DNA of 64,000 nucleotides from Octopus sinensis (lineage: Eukaryota). Shown here in pieces: positions 12,131-26,120 of the stretch (positions within the stretch are counted from its first letter, which is position 1; each line of letters begins with the position of its first letter). Below the pieces are notes generated by a model, which saw only the letters and a program-made list of their open reading frames with translations, ran no database searches and was not told the DNA's origin. The translations under genes and the position numbers were made by a program. Location of the stretch: contig NC_042997.1 of assembly GCF_006345805.1 (NCBI RefSeq), positions 55,614,001 through 55,678,000 of the forward strand, read 5' to 3'.

Positions 12131-14560
12131 CCCATCGAAGTGAGTTTTCTCTACGATATGTTCTGCATGAGGTAGAGCTTATTCTGGGTAGATTTGTCTG
12201 GAAATTACAGGCGTAAATATAATCTTTTTCTAAGGTTTTCAGAAATTCGCTCCTATTTTTCGCAGGTCTAGCAACTACATAGCCGCTAACTCTTTACTTC
12301 ATAATTGCTCTTGTTTACCCTTAAACAACTGGTGTATATAACACAACACAACATATCAACTGAATACGAGGAATTTGAGAGGTTCACCTTTAATTCTTCT
12401 TTAGATAAACTTCTAGTTAGAATGCCCTTGTTGCATGACTTTTTCGTTAGGCTAACGATTTAAGTCTCCCTAAAGTCGATAAAAGGTGGCTTAATGGTAA
12501 ACACTCTTCACATCTTCTCTTCCACAATGTATGCAAGTTTCTATCTCTCATTCTCTCAATTATGGATTCAGCTTTAGGCATCTCATTTTTTTTCTTTTTT
12601 CAAGAAAAAATAATTTTTCAACATTTTCAAAATAAATCTTTTAACCTAGTTAAACGAGACAAAAAGGAAAGTGATCCCATTTTCACTCACCCCCATCTCC
12701 TTGGTCAGTTCCGTAACAAAACAAACAAAAGTAATGCAAATAGCAAATACCTAATCGGACAACTTTTAAGAAAACTCATAATTATGAAAACATGCGGTAT
12801 ACAAACAGCAACAAATAAATCCCCGTTGTCGTCGTAGTCATAGTCGTCGTCATCATCGTTGTTATTGTTGCTTTTGTTTTTGTTGATGTTTAGTTTTTTC
12901 TTCGCTATGAACGGTCATGTTTCCCAGAACTCTCTTTCAACGATATTTTCTACCTAGATTGTTTCATAAATAAATACTAGGGCGGAGGATTGCTTTTGGT
13001 ATTAAATGGCTTCTGAATACTTGAATGCTTATTCATTTCTCTGGGTAGAAAAGAAGGTCCAGCTTTAGGTATTTTTTATTGTATATACATACTTTAAAAA
13101 TATTCATTTTGGATTGATTTGTTCGAATAAAGCTACCTCTGTACTTGTTGGGGGAGAGAATAACCACGAATTTAGTGGTGTGTATAATCATGCAATAGCT
13201 TTTGAATACACATAGATAAGCCAAAACAGAAAACCCTATATACACAAAGAACAACAATTTCACAAGCAAACGCACAGAATTTAACACTAACAAGAAAACA
13301 CATAATTCTTAGAAGTTGGAAGAAAATATCAGACATCGAACAGCTTCAAACAAAAGAAGGTTGGAAGATATGTGCTACGAAAGAAAGCGAAAGTAATTTT
13401 CGTTTGTTTTTCAGACTGATGCCGTAGTACATGGGGAAAAGAAATACTAGGGTCACGGCCGAAGGTAATAGTATTGAAGGTGATTCGTGCTTTGCATCAC
13501 ATTTGTGGTGCATTGCGAGTAGAAACAGCTATGAGGCGATCCTTAACATGTAATTAGGTGGGGGTCTGTATAAACACTGGATTTTGATGAGACCCTAAAA
13601 TCGCAAGGTTATACCGAAGCCTTAACTCATTGAAAGAGTGAAATGGAGATCCATCAAACTGGTGGAACAGGGTAGAATATCCACTTATTAAGGGCGCTGT
13701 AGTCATATGAGGTCACTTGAAGGAGCACGCCAGAAAAGAGGATGAAAAGTAAAAAGTATAAGGTTAACAGTACACAGCAGATGCAGCAGTAACAATAACA
13801 GAAATTCCCAAGAGATGTAGACCAGAGTTTTTCCAACGGCTATTTCCAGAGCATCACGTGTCAGCTTTTGGAATGACCTGAGGTGAAGTAAGGGAAATTA
13901 TCTTGACCTGTGTATTACTAAGGGTTGATGACAAGCGAGAAGCCGAGTATAAGACCTACCACTGGCAATGATCAACGTTACTAACTTATCTGTTTGTAGA
14001 GATTGGGATAGGATATAAATTGACAGCAATATGACTGTTTTAAATAGAGTAAGCCCAAACGAAAGACAATAAAGAAAGTGAATGTTTCTCTCTAAGAGTA
14101 TGTCACCTTTTGAAGTACTGTTAAGTTCTGGAATGCCTGAATTGGGAGTTTTACCTATTGTTCTCAACAGAGAAGTTTGACGCTTTCCTTCCACTTTCTT
14201 GAATAAGTTGCTCGAGATTATAAACACTCTCTTCCTCGACAGACGTCGTTCATATTTGCTTCTTTTGCTGACACTGGTTCGTATTTTGTTCTTGCTGCTG
14301 TTGTTAGTGTTTTTACTTTTTTTTTTCTAAGCTAGCTATTACAACACAATTCTTTTTTTTTTTATCTTTTAAGCTGGACCGTAAATGTTTGTGCTTGAAA
14401 ATTTGTCTGACTTTTAATCGTCATGTATGTTTTTGTTAATCTATGTACGTGTTCGAAATGTTTAGGGAACGTTTAAATTCTTTTCATTGTTGTTACTACC
14501 ATAATAGCGCGTGCCTCTTTTTACTATTATTGATGTGGCCATTTCGAAATGGGAACAAAG

Positions 14561-14728
<168 letters not shown>

Positions 14729-15654
14729 CATATTTGTCACTTGTACAAAATGAAAAAGAAGCAATTAAAAATGTTTTTATCGTTTAAACACGATAAAAAT
14801 TCTGTGTCGAAGGGTGGGGAGATCTGAGAAATGCGACTGTTTACGGAAATAATGAGGGGTGGAAGAGGAGAAGGAGATGGAGATGGAGGATGGTAAGAGG
14901 TATATGAAAAATGAATTAAGCAAGAAATACGCCATGCAACAGGCAGTATATATATATAGGTTCAAATAGAGCATTGCTTTCAAAAAGATTTAGATTTTTG
15001 TATGTAAGAAAGAAACTCATGTTTAAGAATTTTCCTTCGTTTCTCTTTTAAGTTATCATGTCGTTCTGTGTTTTGTCATTAAAAAAATTATAAATCTTTC
15101 AATTCATTTTGGTCTGGAAATAACTTCCACCGAAGTTGTCAATAAACGACATAGATGAAATTCATTTCCCCCTTCGTTAGCTACATTATATTTTGAATTA
15201 ATTTTAATTAATAATAATATCAGGGTTATTTATCTTGCCTTTCGTGCCAAGAGTTGAACACTAAGCTAATTATTTCTTTTCACTGCGGGTGAAATCATTT
15301 TCTTTAATTAAACTTTCAGAGCTCATTGCATTAAGTAAGCACAGACCCTTACTATATTTGACTGCTTTCTTTCGCCTTTTCCATAAGAATTATATTACAG
15401 ATAAATTTACAACGCCTCGGAAAGCGATATAAACTACATAGAGTATTAGCATTCGCAAATGAAAGATAAGATTTTAATAATAGATGTTATTACTGTCGTA
15501 TTTGTTTCCGTGCTAGTATATGTTTATAATACAGACAACTAGAAACAGTAGTTGTTAATTACAGGAAATTGCTGTGATTTGAGGGAGACGAGCAAAATCT
15601 GAAATACATAGCATATATTTAATAGGAACACAAAAAGGGAATAATAGCTACAAT

Positions 15655-15810
15655 AACATTGGTCTCAAATTTTGGCACGAGGCCAGAAATTTGGGGGGAG
15701 AGGATAAATCGATTATATTAACCCCAGTGCTTAACTGGGGCTTATTTTATTGACCCCAAAAGGATGGAAGACAATGTCGACCTCGGCGGATTTTGAACTC
15801 AGAACGTAAA
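15655..15810 (-). mobile_element. tRNA-derived SINE family B, 5'-truncated
   Basis: Matches 18331-18561 and 54192-54425 (gaccccaaaaggatg..gtcgacctcggcgga.tttgaactcagaacgta). Confidence 0.8.
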
Positions 15811-16184
15811 TAGCTACAGTAATATTATTTTAAAAATATGTAAAACAACTAAAACAAGTTATAATATGAATTTCCAGAAAATACAGACAACAATTAAAGA
15901 TAAAAAATTTTCGTCTTTAAACTAATAATTAGAAAAAATCTGGGAGTGCTGTTGGGTGTAGAGCTTTAATTAACTGCAATGAAAACAATTAAAACAAAAC
16001 AAATCAAGTTGACTCTTCAAATAAACTGAAATTAAAATTACAAAAGCTCCAATAGAGTTATTTGTTAAGAATGAATACAAATACTTTTCTTGTGTTCAAC
16101 CAGAACGGTCAATCGCAATTCAATGGCTAGATAGCTTCACGTTCTCTTTCTTTCTCTCTGTCTGTCTGTCTCTCTCTCTCTGTC

Positions 16185-16221
<37 letters not shown>

Positions 16222-17329
16222 GTCTCTGTCTCTCCCTCTCTCTCTCTCTCTCTCTCGCTCTCTCTCACACACACACTTTCTCTTTTTCTCTTTTTTCTCT
16301 TCTGAATGTAACCCTCTTTCTGTTTCTATCACTCTCACATCTAAGTGTTATTAGTTAGATTTTTTTAAATAATTCTAGTGACACCAGTCAAACATAAGCT
16401 CTATACTCTTCTCTTTCACACTACCACCTGAACACAGTTCTTTTTGGCGGACTTAGCTTTGTTATAAGTATTCCAGCTAGACACTGATGTGAAGACTTAA
16501 CACTCCATCTGGTTTATGAGGAAAATCCCAACGCTCACCTGTCATAAATGGAGCCAAATATTCGTCAAAGAAAATACTGTTGTCATTATACAGAAAATAC
16601 ATATTCTATAATGTAATTCTATTTGTAACATACCTAAAAAAAAATAACTAGATGATCATACGGAATATTATAGATCATAAGTTAGCTCGATGGCACCTGA
16701 CGTGGGACTTAGAACAACAACACTGGATGTTTGGGTGACTTTGCAAGCATACCAACAAGACAATCTGTTCCATGTCCATCCATGGTTTTCTTGTGATTGT
16801 TCCGGTGCTCATTAGCAGTATCAGTCACACAGACTTGCACTTCAGTCCCTGGCTGATAAGCAAACTGTACGAACAAAGTCTTTTGTCACGCTGCTTTTCA
16901 CTGCTCATACTCTGACGTAGTTCCCTGGCTTGCCAAGGGAATAGACACAAAAGGTTTCTCAAAGGTTTCCCCTTTGATAGGAGAGAAGCCTATCCCCGTA
17001 GGGAACAATTTAGGACGATCCCCAAGAAGCTAGGGCATAATTTCCTCCCAGCTTCGAAGGAAAGTGTGAAAAGTGTAGAGTAATGTACAGGATTTTGTGA
17101 GGCTCAGTTGCAACTTACTTCCTGCTGGGTAGCCTACAGGGTTGAAGTAGTAATAAACATTAGGTCATTAATTGGTCATCGCCATTGTCTTCCAGATTGA
17201 ATTATATCAAAATACATCTTATTTCTCTCTCTCTCTCTCTGTTGCATAAATCTAGCATTTTCTATTTCTAATCCATCCTTTCTATACCTGCTACATTCTA
17301 TATTCTGCTTTTTGTAAAAAACATTGGGC

Positions 17330-18190
17330 ATCTACGACGATATCAATTCCTCAATTGAGGACAAGTATCCTAATTTATGTGATCTCCAGAGTTGCCTTCC
17401 TCGATGATTCGATATTCATCTTTTTCCTCTCTCCCGCTTCCCACAACGACGCAGCTAGAACAGATACCAAATTGTTCGCTATTCTTTGCACCTGTTGGTA
17501 TGCTCACCTACCAGCATCTTGGTTACACCAGAGATGGTCCAGTTTTTTGTAGTAACAAAGCTTTTACTCAGCCAACTCAGCTAAAATCGTACCGGTTCTA
17601 ACTCAGCTTTTATTCAGCTAAAATCGTATCGCCCCCATCAGAGTTCGACCCCCACCTTATCAATGAAGAGCATCTCAAAATTTAGTGTTGAGATGTACTA
17701 AATTTTGAGATGCTCAAAATTTAGTACCTCTCAACACTAAATTTTTCATCACTTGTTTGTTCAAATTAGTCAACTACTATTAAACAGGTCGTCGAAACAT
17801 TACTGAAGTTTCTATATTCCCCAAAGAAGCCAGATCCCATTACACCCAAGTCGCCAAATGATTCATAAGCAAGTGTACAGCATCACTACAGTTGAATATT
17901 ATTGCCTGTAAACAGCACGTGTATGACGACCGGTCGCAAAGTAAATAAATCCCATACACCATATAGCATGTATGTATTTTCATCTCCCAATTTGCATCGC
18001 ACATTATTCTTACTAAACTTTACTACAGAGCTAATTCCTATCATCACCCAACTCTCTCAATTTCCGCTCTTGACAAGCACTCATCTCAACTTTTTCCATA
18101 GAAACATATTTCTGTTTATCGTCCTCAATAAGAGCAAACACTCTGATCCAACCAGCTATTGAACTTTCCCCCTCACTACCAAAATCTAAT
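17330..18190 (+). mobile_element. Decayed CR1/Jockey-group LINE, RT end and 3' end
   Basis: FLDDSIF resembles YADDSTL; downstream text resembles the 3' ends at 42915-43250 and 51540-51900; many stops and frameshifts. Confidence 0.45.
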
Positions 18191-18330
18191 AGTAAAAAAA
18201 CAAAAACAATAGAAAGCAATTACTTCATTCGTCACTTAGAATCATTTATATCCTTAAATATTTCTATTTCAGTTTCTATGGTTTCCCTACAGTTAACGTA
18301 CCAAATAATTTCTCCCTCGCATCATGTACC

Positions 18331-18597
18331 TATTTCTTTACTACCCACAAGGGGCTAAACACAGAGAGAACAAACAAGGACAGACAAACGGATTAAGTCG
18401 ATTATATCGTCTCCAGTGCGGAACTGGTACTTATTTAATCGACCCCGAAAGGATGAAAGGCAAAGTCGACCTCGGCGGAATTTGAACTCAGAACGTAGCA
18501 GCAGTCGAAATACCGCTAAGCATTTCGCCCGGCGCGCTAACGTTTCTGCCAGCTCGCCGCCTTCCATCCAGCAGACGAAATACCGCTAAGCATTTCG
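18331..18597 (-). mobile_element. Full-length SINE family B with a 17-bp target-site duplication
   Basis: Head ggcggcgagctggcagaaacgttagc at 18561. ccctcgcatcatgtacc (18314-18330) and ccctcacatcatgtacc (18598-18614) flank it. 18562-18597 contains a re-copied internal SINE segment. Confidence 0.9.
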
Positions 18598-20400
18598 CCC
18601 TCACATCATGTACCATTGGTCTCGACCTTAAGAACTTTAGTGAAATCAATGTTTTTGCTCTTGACAACCTCAGAGACTTGGAATGTGTCTTTTATTTATA
18701 TTTAAAGTACTATGGGTTTATCCGCCCTCCAACTCTAGGATGCAATATTTCCTGTTAGATCACTCAATTGTAGCATATAGTAGCAAGTCTTTCTCTCTCC
18801 ATTTAAAATTCTACTAACTCTATAGTTTGATTATTTTTACCCAAATTTCACCTTATTGTCACTTTAAACAATAGTCGTCTCAATACTGATTATATTCCAT
18901 TTTAATCTATTCAATTACAAACCATGCCAGTGGGGTAATTCTTTCATGAATAGAGACCTTGATAATATACTCCAACAGAACCATAACAATGTTTCTTTCT
19001 CTGAACTACGATTAAAATCGTAATACATATTAAAGAAACAATATTCACTATACTCTTCTTATGAAGAAACACCACACAGTTAGAATCCTCACAATTGTTA
19101 CATATGAAAGGTCTCGCAGATTCATAATTTTTCAAGGAAAACCGATAAGGTTACAAAAATTGAATCATAAATACTAGGATTTCTCTGTTTCTGCTCCCAA
19201 CACTATAACTCAAAAACCCATAATTGAAAGACAAGAGAAAATACTTCCTGAACACTGTAGTGAACAAAAGCCTTTTTCAACGAAAATTACCCAGACTTCG
19301 CAGCTCCAGGTATTAGTAAAAAACATTAAAACATTAACATGAAGCATATTGAATTAAATGTATTCTTTCATATCTTTTATCAATAATGTCACGAATTCCT
19401 TGTTCAAATAACTCCGAATGCTCTGTATCAGTTGCCCTGTAGCTTTCCAAGTCATCTGAAGAGTAAAATTTGAAACAATCCTGGCTGGTTCTACCACCAG
19501 AGCAGCCTGGCAAGAAGCTCCTTCTTTGGTTTGTACTGTTAGCTGCCAATTGTACGTATCATAGACAAAAGAAAAACAGGTTATTCTTCTTGCGTACACC
19601 CAATTAATTTATACACTCAGTTAATGTACAACACTTTCTCGTACTATATTTCTCATACAAGAACCTCCAAAATAACTCGGATCTTCTCTACGATAGCATA
19701 TATTTCTTGGCTTCCATTACCGCATATTTCCAAAAAGGAACGTAAAAAAAAACATACAACTGAACAAAATAAAATATGTAATTTGGTCCTTATTTTAAAG
19801 ACATGACTAAACAGAATACGAACATTGTACATTATGAGAGTAAGAAAAATAGGTAAAATCCATATTTACTGCACATTTTGCGTGTATGGACGACGATAAG
19901 CTATACAAGATTTAATACATTTATTCCATAATAAATTTGAGTCAAACAATGCATACAATAACTTGTGGAGTAAAGAAATCCCCACTGAAATCTTATTTTA
20001 GGTGACTCCAGCCCCCAGACACAATGAAACAACCAACAAACTGCTTAGGCTCTAATATAATGCAATGGGTATCGTGTTAACGCATCGATTGAAATACAGA
20101 ATGAGTGATAAAAACTAAATCGACGACCTCTATCAATTTCATTCATGATACTTACAATTAAATATTCTCGACCTAAATTTCATTGCCCCATTATTCGTCT
20201 AGTATTCTCTATTTATTTCGGGCACTTCTCTTTCTCAAATTTATTGCTTGCTTGGCTCTACTATTTCCTCCACGGGGATCAGCAATATCCTTCACTCTTC
20301 GAGAAAAATACTGCAACTGTCTCTTGGGAAAAGATTAGGTATTGTACAGACGACAAGGTCTCTATTTCTATATTTTTGTTTTGTTTATCTTTCGTTCTGG

Positions 20401-20490
20401 TTCTTCTTCTTCTTCTTCTTCTTCTTCTTCTTCTTCTTCTTCTTCTTCTTCTTCTTCTTCTTCTTCTTCTTCTTCTTCTTCTTCTTCTTC
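20401..20490. repeat. (TTC)n microsatellite followed by a (CAT/CAC)n low-complexity tract to ~20700
   Basis: Directly visible. Confidence 0.95.
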
Positions 20491-20942
20491 CCTTCCCCCT
20501 CCTCTTCTTACTCCTCCTTTTCCTTCATCTTCACCAGCAGAACCAATCTTAAAACGACCTCCACCATCGCCTTAACAACAAATAACATCACTGTCGTCAC
20601 CATCATCTTCATCATCATGATCATCATCATCGTCATCATCGTCATCACCTCAGCCACCACCACCACCACCACCATCACCACCATTTCCAATACGGTCATC
20701 AACGTGTTCCCGCTCTAGGACGATGTGATGATTATTGGTAATGTTTTTACTTCTTCATATCTGTTTGCACTGCCAGTTACATTAAATATTTTTCGCTCGA
20801 ACAAAATACATTCTCAATGGATTCAATCATCAATACGAATGTAATCCATACTTTTGCGTGAAACATTGCTGGGGAATAGTTGGAGAGGCTTTTTTACTAT
20901 TTTGCTGTTTGTTATCCTAGCTGCTTTCGAAGAAGCCTACGA

Positions 20943-20961
20943 TTTATTATTATTATTATTA

Positions 20962-21050
<89 letters not shown>

Positions 21051-21096
21051 GTTATTGTTGTTGTTGTTGTTGCTGTTACTATTATTATTGTTGTTG

Positions 21097-21162
<66 letters not shown>

Positions 21163-21173
21163 CATTATTATTA

Positions 21174-21228
<55 letters not shown>
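20943..21228. repeat. (ATT)n/(GTT)n microsatellite
   Basis: Directly visible. Confidence 0.95.
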
Positions 21229-21229
<1 letters not shown>

Positions 21230-21231
<2 letters not shown>

Positions 21232-21467
21232 ACGGCAGCAAGTTGGCAGAATTGTGAGCATGCGGAACAAAATACTTAACGGCATTTCATCCGTCTTTAT
21301 ACTCCGAGTTCAAATTCCGCCGAGGTCGAATTTGCATTTTTTTTCGTTTCGGGATCGATAGATTAAGTACCAGAGAGACACTGGGATCGATTTAATCGAT
21401 AAGTCCCTTCCTACCAAATTTCAGGTTTTGTACCTTTAGTAGAAAGCTTTGTTATTATTATTGTTGC

Positions 21468-21510
<43 letters not shown>

Positions 21511-21696
21511 ATTGTTTATGGCAGCGAGCTGGCAGAATCGCGAGTAGGCAGGACAAGATTGCTTAGCGGCATTTCATCTGTCTTCATTTTAAATTCTTCC
21601 GAAGTCAACTTTGCTGTTCATCCTTTCATGATCGATGTAGTTGACTTACCTTCTCCCACGAAACTGCCGACCTTGTGCCAAAATTTGAAACCATTT

Positions 21697-21751
<55 letters not shown>
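21230..21751 (+). mobile_element. Two tandem diverged SINE family B copies (21230-21447 and 21519-21695), each ending in a trinucleotide repeat
   Basis: ggcagc.ag.tggcagaat heads; ttccgccgaggtcga / ttccgaagtcaac cores; (GTT)n and (GTA)n tails. Confidence 0.8.
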
Positions 21752-22289
21752 ATTTTGGTCTTTTAGTTGGAGTTTTTTGCCTTTATTATACCGACTTGAT
21801 GTAATAAGTATACATACATACATACATACATACATACATACATACATACATACAGCATACGTACGTATTGGGGGTTCTATATATATATATACAGTGTGTG
21901 GAAAAGAGATTGTAGGTTTATGTTGTTTATGTTTGATTATTATCCCCCGTTTGAAGAATCTTCCAAGGATGAAGTTGTCCTTTTAAAAGAGATATTTTCA
22001 ATAGTTTTTTTTAATTTAGAGTGGTTTTGTGTTTCCGTTCTCTTTGTTCCATTGTAACACTTCTGATGATTTATTGAACAACTGTCGTATCTATGTCTTA
22101 CGTTTCCTCTGTTTCATCCCTGAAACATGTTTTTTTTTTGTGTGATATGCTTCACTTTGCACAGCATCCCGCCTTATAAAAACTTGTTAATAATATTGAC
22201 TTAAAATGGTTAAACAAATCACAATGCACCAAAGTCTGGTAATCTCTGAGATAACTTTATTCGTATTCTCAATCGACATGTACACATAT

Positions 22290-22368
<79 letters not shown>

Positions 22369-22375
22369 TATATTA

Positions 22376-22623
22376 TATTAAATTAGAGATAAAACCACTA
22401 TTAGGCAAATCAAACAGTGAAAAACATAAGCCACATTTTTTTTAATTTTAGCTTTTATATTTTTAAATTAATTTTATGTATTGGCTTATGTTTTTCACTG
22501 TTTGATTTGCCTAATAGTGGTTTTATCTCTAATTTAATTTAATATAATATAATATATTTATACTATAAAATTTGATTTAGTCCTAAATCTAATTTTTCCC
22601 AGTAAGTTTGGATTTATTCCCTA

Positions 22624-22625
<2 letters not shown>
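22376..22625. mobile_element. Internally deleted member of the 1696-3175 family: 57-bp perfect inverted repeat plus one-sided tail, no HHR core
   Basis: attaaattagagataaaaccactattaggcaaatcaaacagtgaaaaacataagcca (22376-22432) is the exact reverse complement of 22480-22536; the tail matches 3088-3175. Confidence 0.75.
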
Positions 22626-22716
<91 letters not shown>

Positions 22717-22859
22717 CATGCTTAGAGTGTGGTGTAAAACTTCTATTTAATATGAAATTAATATGAATAACGCAATTGTATAGAAATAAGTAAATGGAGA
22801 ATTTTGATTTAAACCTTATTTCATACTGTCGTTGTTGCTGTGACTTGTTTATCCTCAAC

Positions 22860-23640
22860 TCATTCCTGATTCAGAAGACACATGATCAATGATGTTCCAG
22901 TCTTGAATATCCCTGGTATATTCAAGCACATACGAACGACTATATCTAATTTATCGTTTAGACTATTCTTGTTCAATGAGTTCTTCACTCTTTTAAGAGA
23001 ATACAGTGGGATTTGAATAAGATTCAGGTGGTATTCCTTGCAGGTTAAGTGAAAAAGATCCCGCCCCTTAGGTGTTTTATGATATCTAAGCTCTACGAAG
23101 TAAAGTTTATTTCTAAGAGGGGTCGTTTCATATATTTCCTTTTTGTACTTTAGCAGTTCTTTGCATTACAGTTGTAAAGTATTTTATTGTAGTATAATGT
23201 ATGTATAATAATGAGCAGTATTGTTTTAGAATTTCTCATGAGATATACAGTTACTAATATTATTAATTAAGTTTGTTAAGATGCAGTAATTTCTCCCTAT
23301 ATTTGTTGTATGACCAGTATTTTCCAGCAGATTTATCTAGAGATATAAACCGATGTTACCTTGGGTTTCTTAAACCAGGTAAATAAACATTTCTTCGAGA
23401 GGCAAAGATTAGGTAATAGCTTTAAGGTGAACTACGGATTCACAAAATCTTAGGTGCTGTTTCAATAGCCAGCACAAGCCGAAGGAAACTTTTCAGTATA
23501 AGGACGCAAGAAATGTATCCCTTTATGTTCATAGCTTTAGAAAGTTTGATCTGTGTCCCTGGGAGACGTATAGTGTGCTTTTACACTATTTTACAATTTT
23601 GAAAAATGATCGGAATTGATTGATTCTTGCAGAGTCTTCC
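22860..23640 (-). mobile_element. Possible decayed Penelope-like endonuclease region
   Basis: Frameshifted minus-strand CWK..TGHTTNIGR resembles the PLE C..YIGQTxNLRxR motif. Confidence 0.35.
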
Positions 23641-24356
23641 ATTCACATTTGCTGAGAATTTTCAAAATAGTAAATTAGCACAAATTGAATTTTAAATACT
23701 AATCAATTGTTGTATAGTTTAAATTTAAATAGCATGCTTATTTATGTATGTGTGTGCCGCACATGTATGCATTTCAGTTCACTAGAGGGCGTTACTGGTA
23801 ACATGTAAACTGTAGAACCTGTTGCGTTGGCAGATCGTTAGTGATTAAAGCTTTACCAGCGCTCGCAAGTTATGCTTGTCAGAAGAGTTGCTACAAACCC
23901 AGCAGGGCAAAAGCAATACCTGTCAATGAGACCCGTAAAGCCGCTGTAGTGTCAGTGACAATCGAACAATAACAGAGGAACTCGGGAAAATATCACACGG
24001 ATATAAAATTCCAGGAAAGTGTTCGGGGAAATCATAGCACACCCTACAATTTTCTGCTACTTGTTTATCCAAAATGTACGGCTGATTTTCTATATGACGT
24101 CATCACAATTTTTGTATCATCTCTATGGTTAGTCTAACAGTTCCATATTTTTCCCTTTTGCTTCTGAAATGTTGTGCCATCATACAGCAATACATGTGAG
24201 TCATGTTCATCATGCATGCACCTATATTGTATGTACTCACGCTCACACATGCACATAGGCACATACATGAACTCTTATACACACATACACACATACCCTC
24301 ACACCTGCATTTCTCTCTCTCTCTCTATTTATATATATCTATCTGTTTATCTGTTT

Positions 24357-24425
<69 letters not shown>

Positions 24426-24888
24426 CATATATATGCATATATGTGTATGTTTGTGTGTGTATATGTGTATGTGTGTTCGTCTGTGTATGCGTGCGTGAGT
24501 GTACGTATGTGTGTGTATGTATGTATGTATGCATGTATCTCCAAAGTTAAGCAGGTCACTTTTGTTCTATCCAGCTTGAGTCTATCGATGCGTGGACTTT
24601 TGTGCGAGTGTCTTTTACTATAACCTTAGGTCGACTGAAGATTTCTAACTAAAACTGAATATACAGGGACTATTGGGAGAACCGCTGGACAGATCGTACC
24701 TGTAACTCAACGGTCCCAGAGAATTGCTGTTAGAGTAAACATGTTTGTGTATTACTCAGCCACCTCACAAGTGAATTCAAGAATATATCATATATATACA
24801 TTTTTTTTTCTACTTTCAGCTCAGAGCTGCGGCCATGCTGATGCACCGCCGTTACACACAGATGCACACACATATATATATGTATATA

Positions 24889-26084
24889 CAGGGGTTGGAC
24901 AAAATAATGAAAATACCTTAAAATTTCAAACAAGTTAATTTTAATATGGGGTAGGGCCGCCTTTGGCAGTAATTACAGCTTGAATTCTACGAGGTATGTT
25001 TTCAAAGCAATTTTTGTCTATTCTTCAGCTAAAATAGTCTCTAGTTCTTGTAGTGATGAGGGTGGAATATGTTGACTCCTTACTTGTTTTTCTATAATGC
25101 ACCATAAATGTTCAATAATATCGAGATCTAGGGACTGTGGCCAGATAAGATGTTCAACTTCACTATAATGTTCCTCGTGCCATTCAATAACAGCTTTAGC
25201 TGTGTGAATTGGTGCATTATCATCCTGAAAGATTGCGTTTCCTTCCGGAAACAGTTCAGAAATCATAGGATGAATTTGATCAGATAAAATACTTAGTCTT
25301 GACTATTAATTATGCCATGAAGAGAAACCATTGAGCCGGCGGATTCCTACGATATAGCCCCACAGATCATCACAGATCCTCCTTCATGTTCAACAGTTGG
25401 AAGAAGGCAGTCTGGATCAAATGCTTCTTTTGGCTGTCTCCGGTGGTCGGAAATAAGGTAAAGGATAGCTTGTCCGAGAAAATAACATTCTTCCAATGCT
25501 CTAGGGACCAATTCTGTAAGTTTTTACGCCACTCTAAACACATTGCAACGTTTGTTTTTGAAAGTAGTGCTTTTCTGATTGCACGCCTTCCGTAAAATTC
25601 GGCTTTGTGCAGCTCCCGGTGAAAAATTTTTGTAGAAACTGGATTTTCGAGGTGGCCATTAAGCTTTGCAGTAATTTGGGGAGCTGTACTTTTGTGATTC
25701 TTTCTAACAATTCTAACAATCTATATCTGAAAGGTTTGGTTTTCTTCCTGAGTTTTTGTTTCGACGAGGTTTTCCCTCTTTCTCAAAGTTTGTCATTACT
25801 TTCGAGACAGTACTCCATGATACACCGAACATTTCGGGTGTCTTCGTTACACTAGTACCTGTCATACGAGCACCAACAATTTGACCCCTTTAGAAGTCCG
25901 ACAGATCTGTCATTTTAATGAATTTGAATTACCTTTTTTCTGAAACAGCAATTTTAGCAAAACATATTAAGCAACACTAATAATAAATCAAAAAACTTTA
26001 AAATAATCAAGCTTTTGACGGTCTTATAGATATTTCAAAAATATGATGCTATAATGCTATATTTTTCCATTATTTTTCCAAACC

Positions 26085-26085
<1 letters not shown>
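24889..26085 (-). mobile_element. Full-length decayed Tc1 (DD34E-type) DNA transposon, ~1.2 kb
   Basis: TA on both flanks. TIRs caggggttggacaaaataatg.. and ..cattatttttccaaaccg. Transposase from ATG at 25913: MTDLSDF*RGQIVGARMTGTSVTKT.., VIFSDK, FQDDNAPIHTA..WPQSLDLDIIEHLW; stops and frameshifts. Confidence 0.92.

Positions 26086-26120
<35 letters not shown>

Noticed and set aside
13400-14200. Purine-rich stretch faintly resembling a LINE endonuclease region
   Set aside because: Too decayed to assign from motifs by eye.
16691-16708. TGGCACCTGACGTGGGAC, 14/18 match to a tRNA-Lys-type primer-binding site
   Set aside because: No LTR pair, no CA-ending LTR before it, and no gag/pol sequence after it.
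19334-19599. Two overlapping minus-strand ORFs with protein-like composition
   Set aside because: No recognisable domain and no convincing splice donor. A tBLASTx or RNA-seq check could overturn this.
22063-22135. CTGATGA..GAAACATGTT on the + strand
   Set aside because: Neither stem I nor stem II pairs; probably chance.
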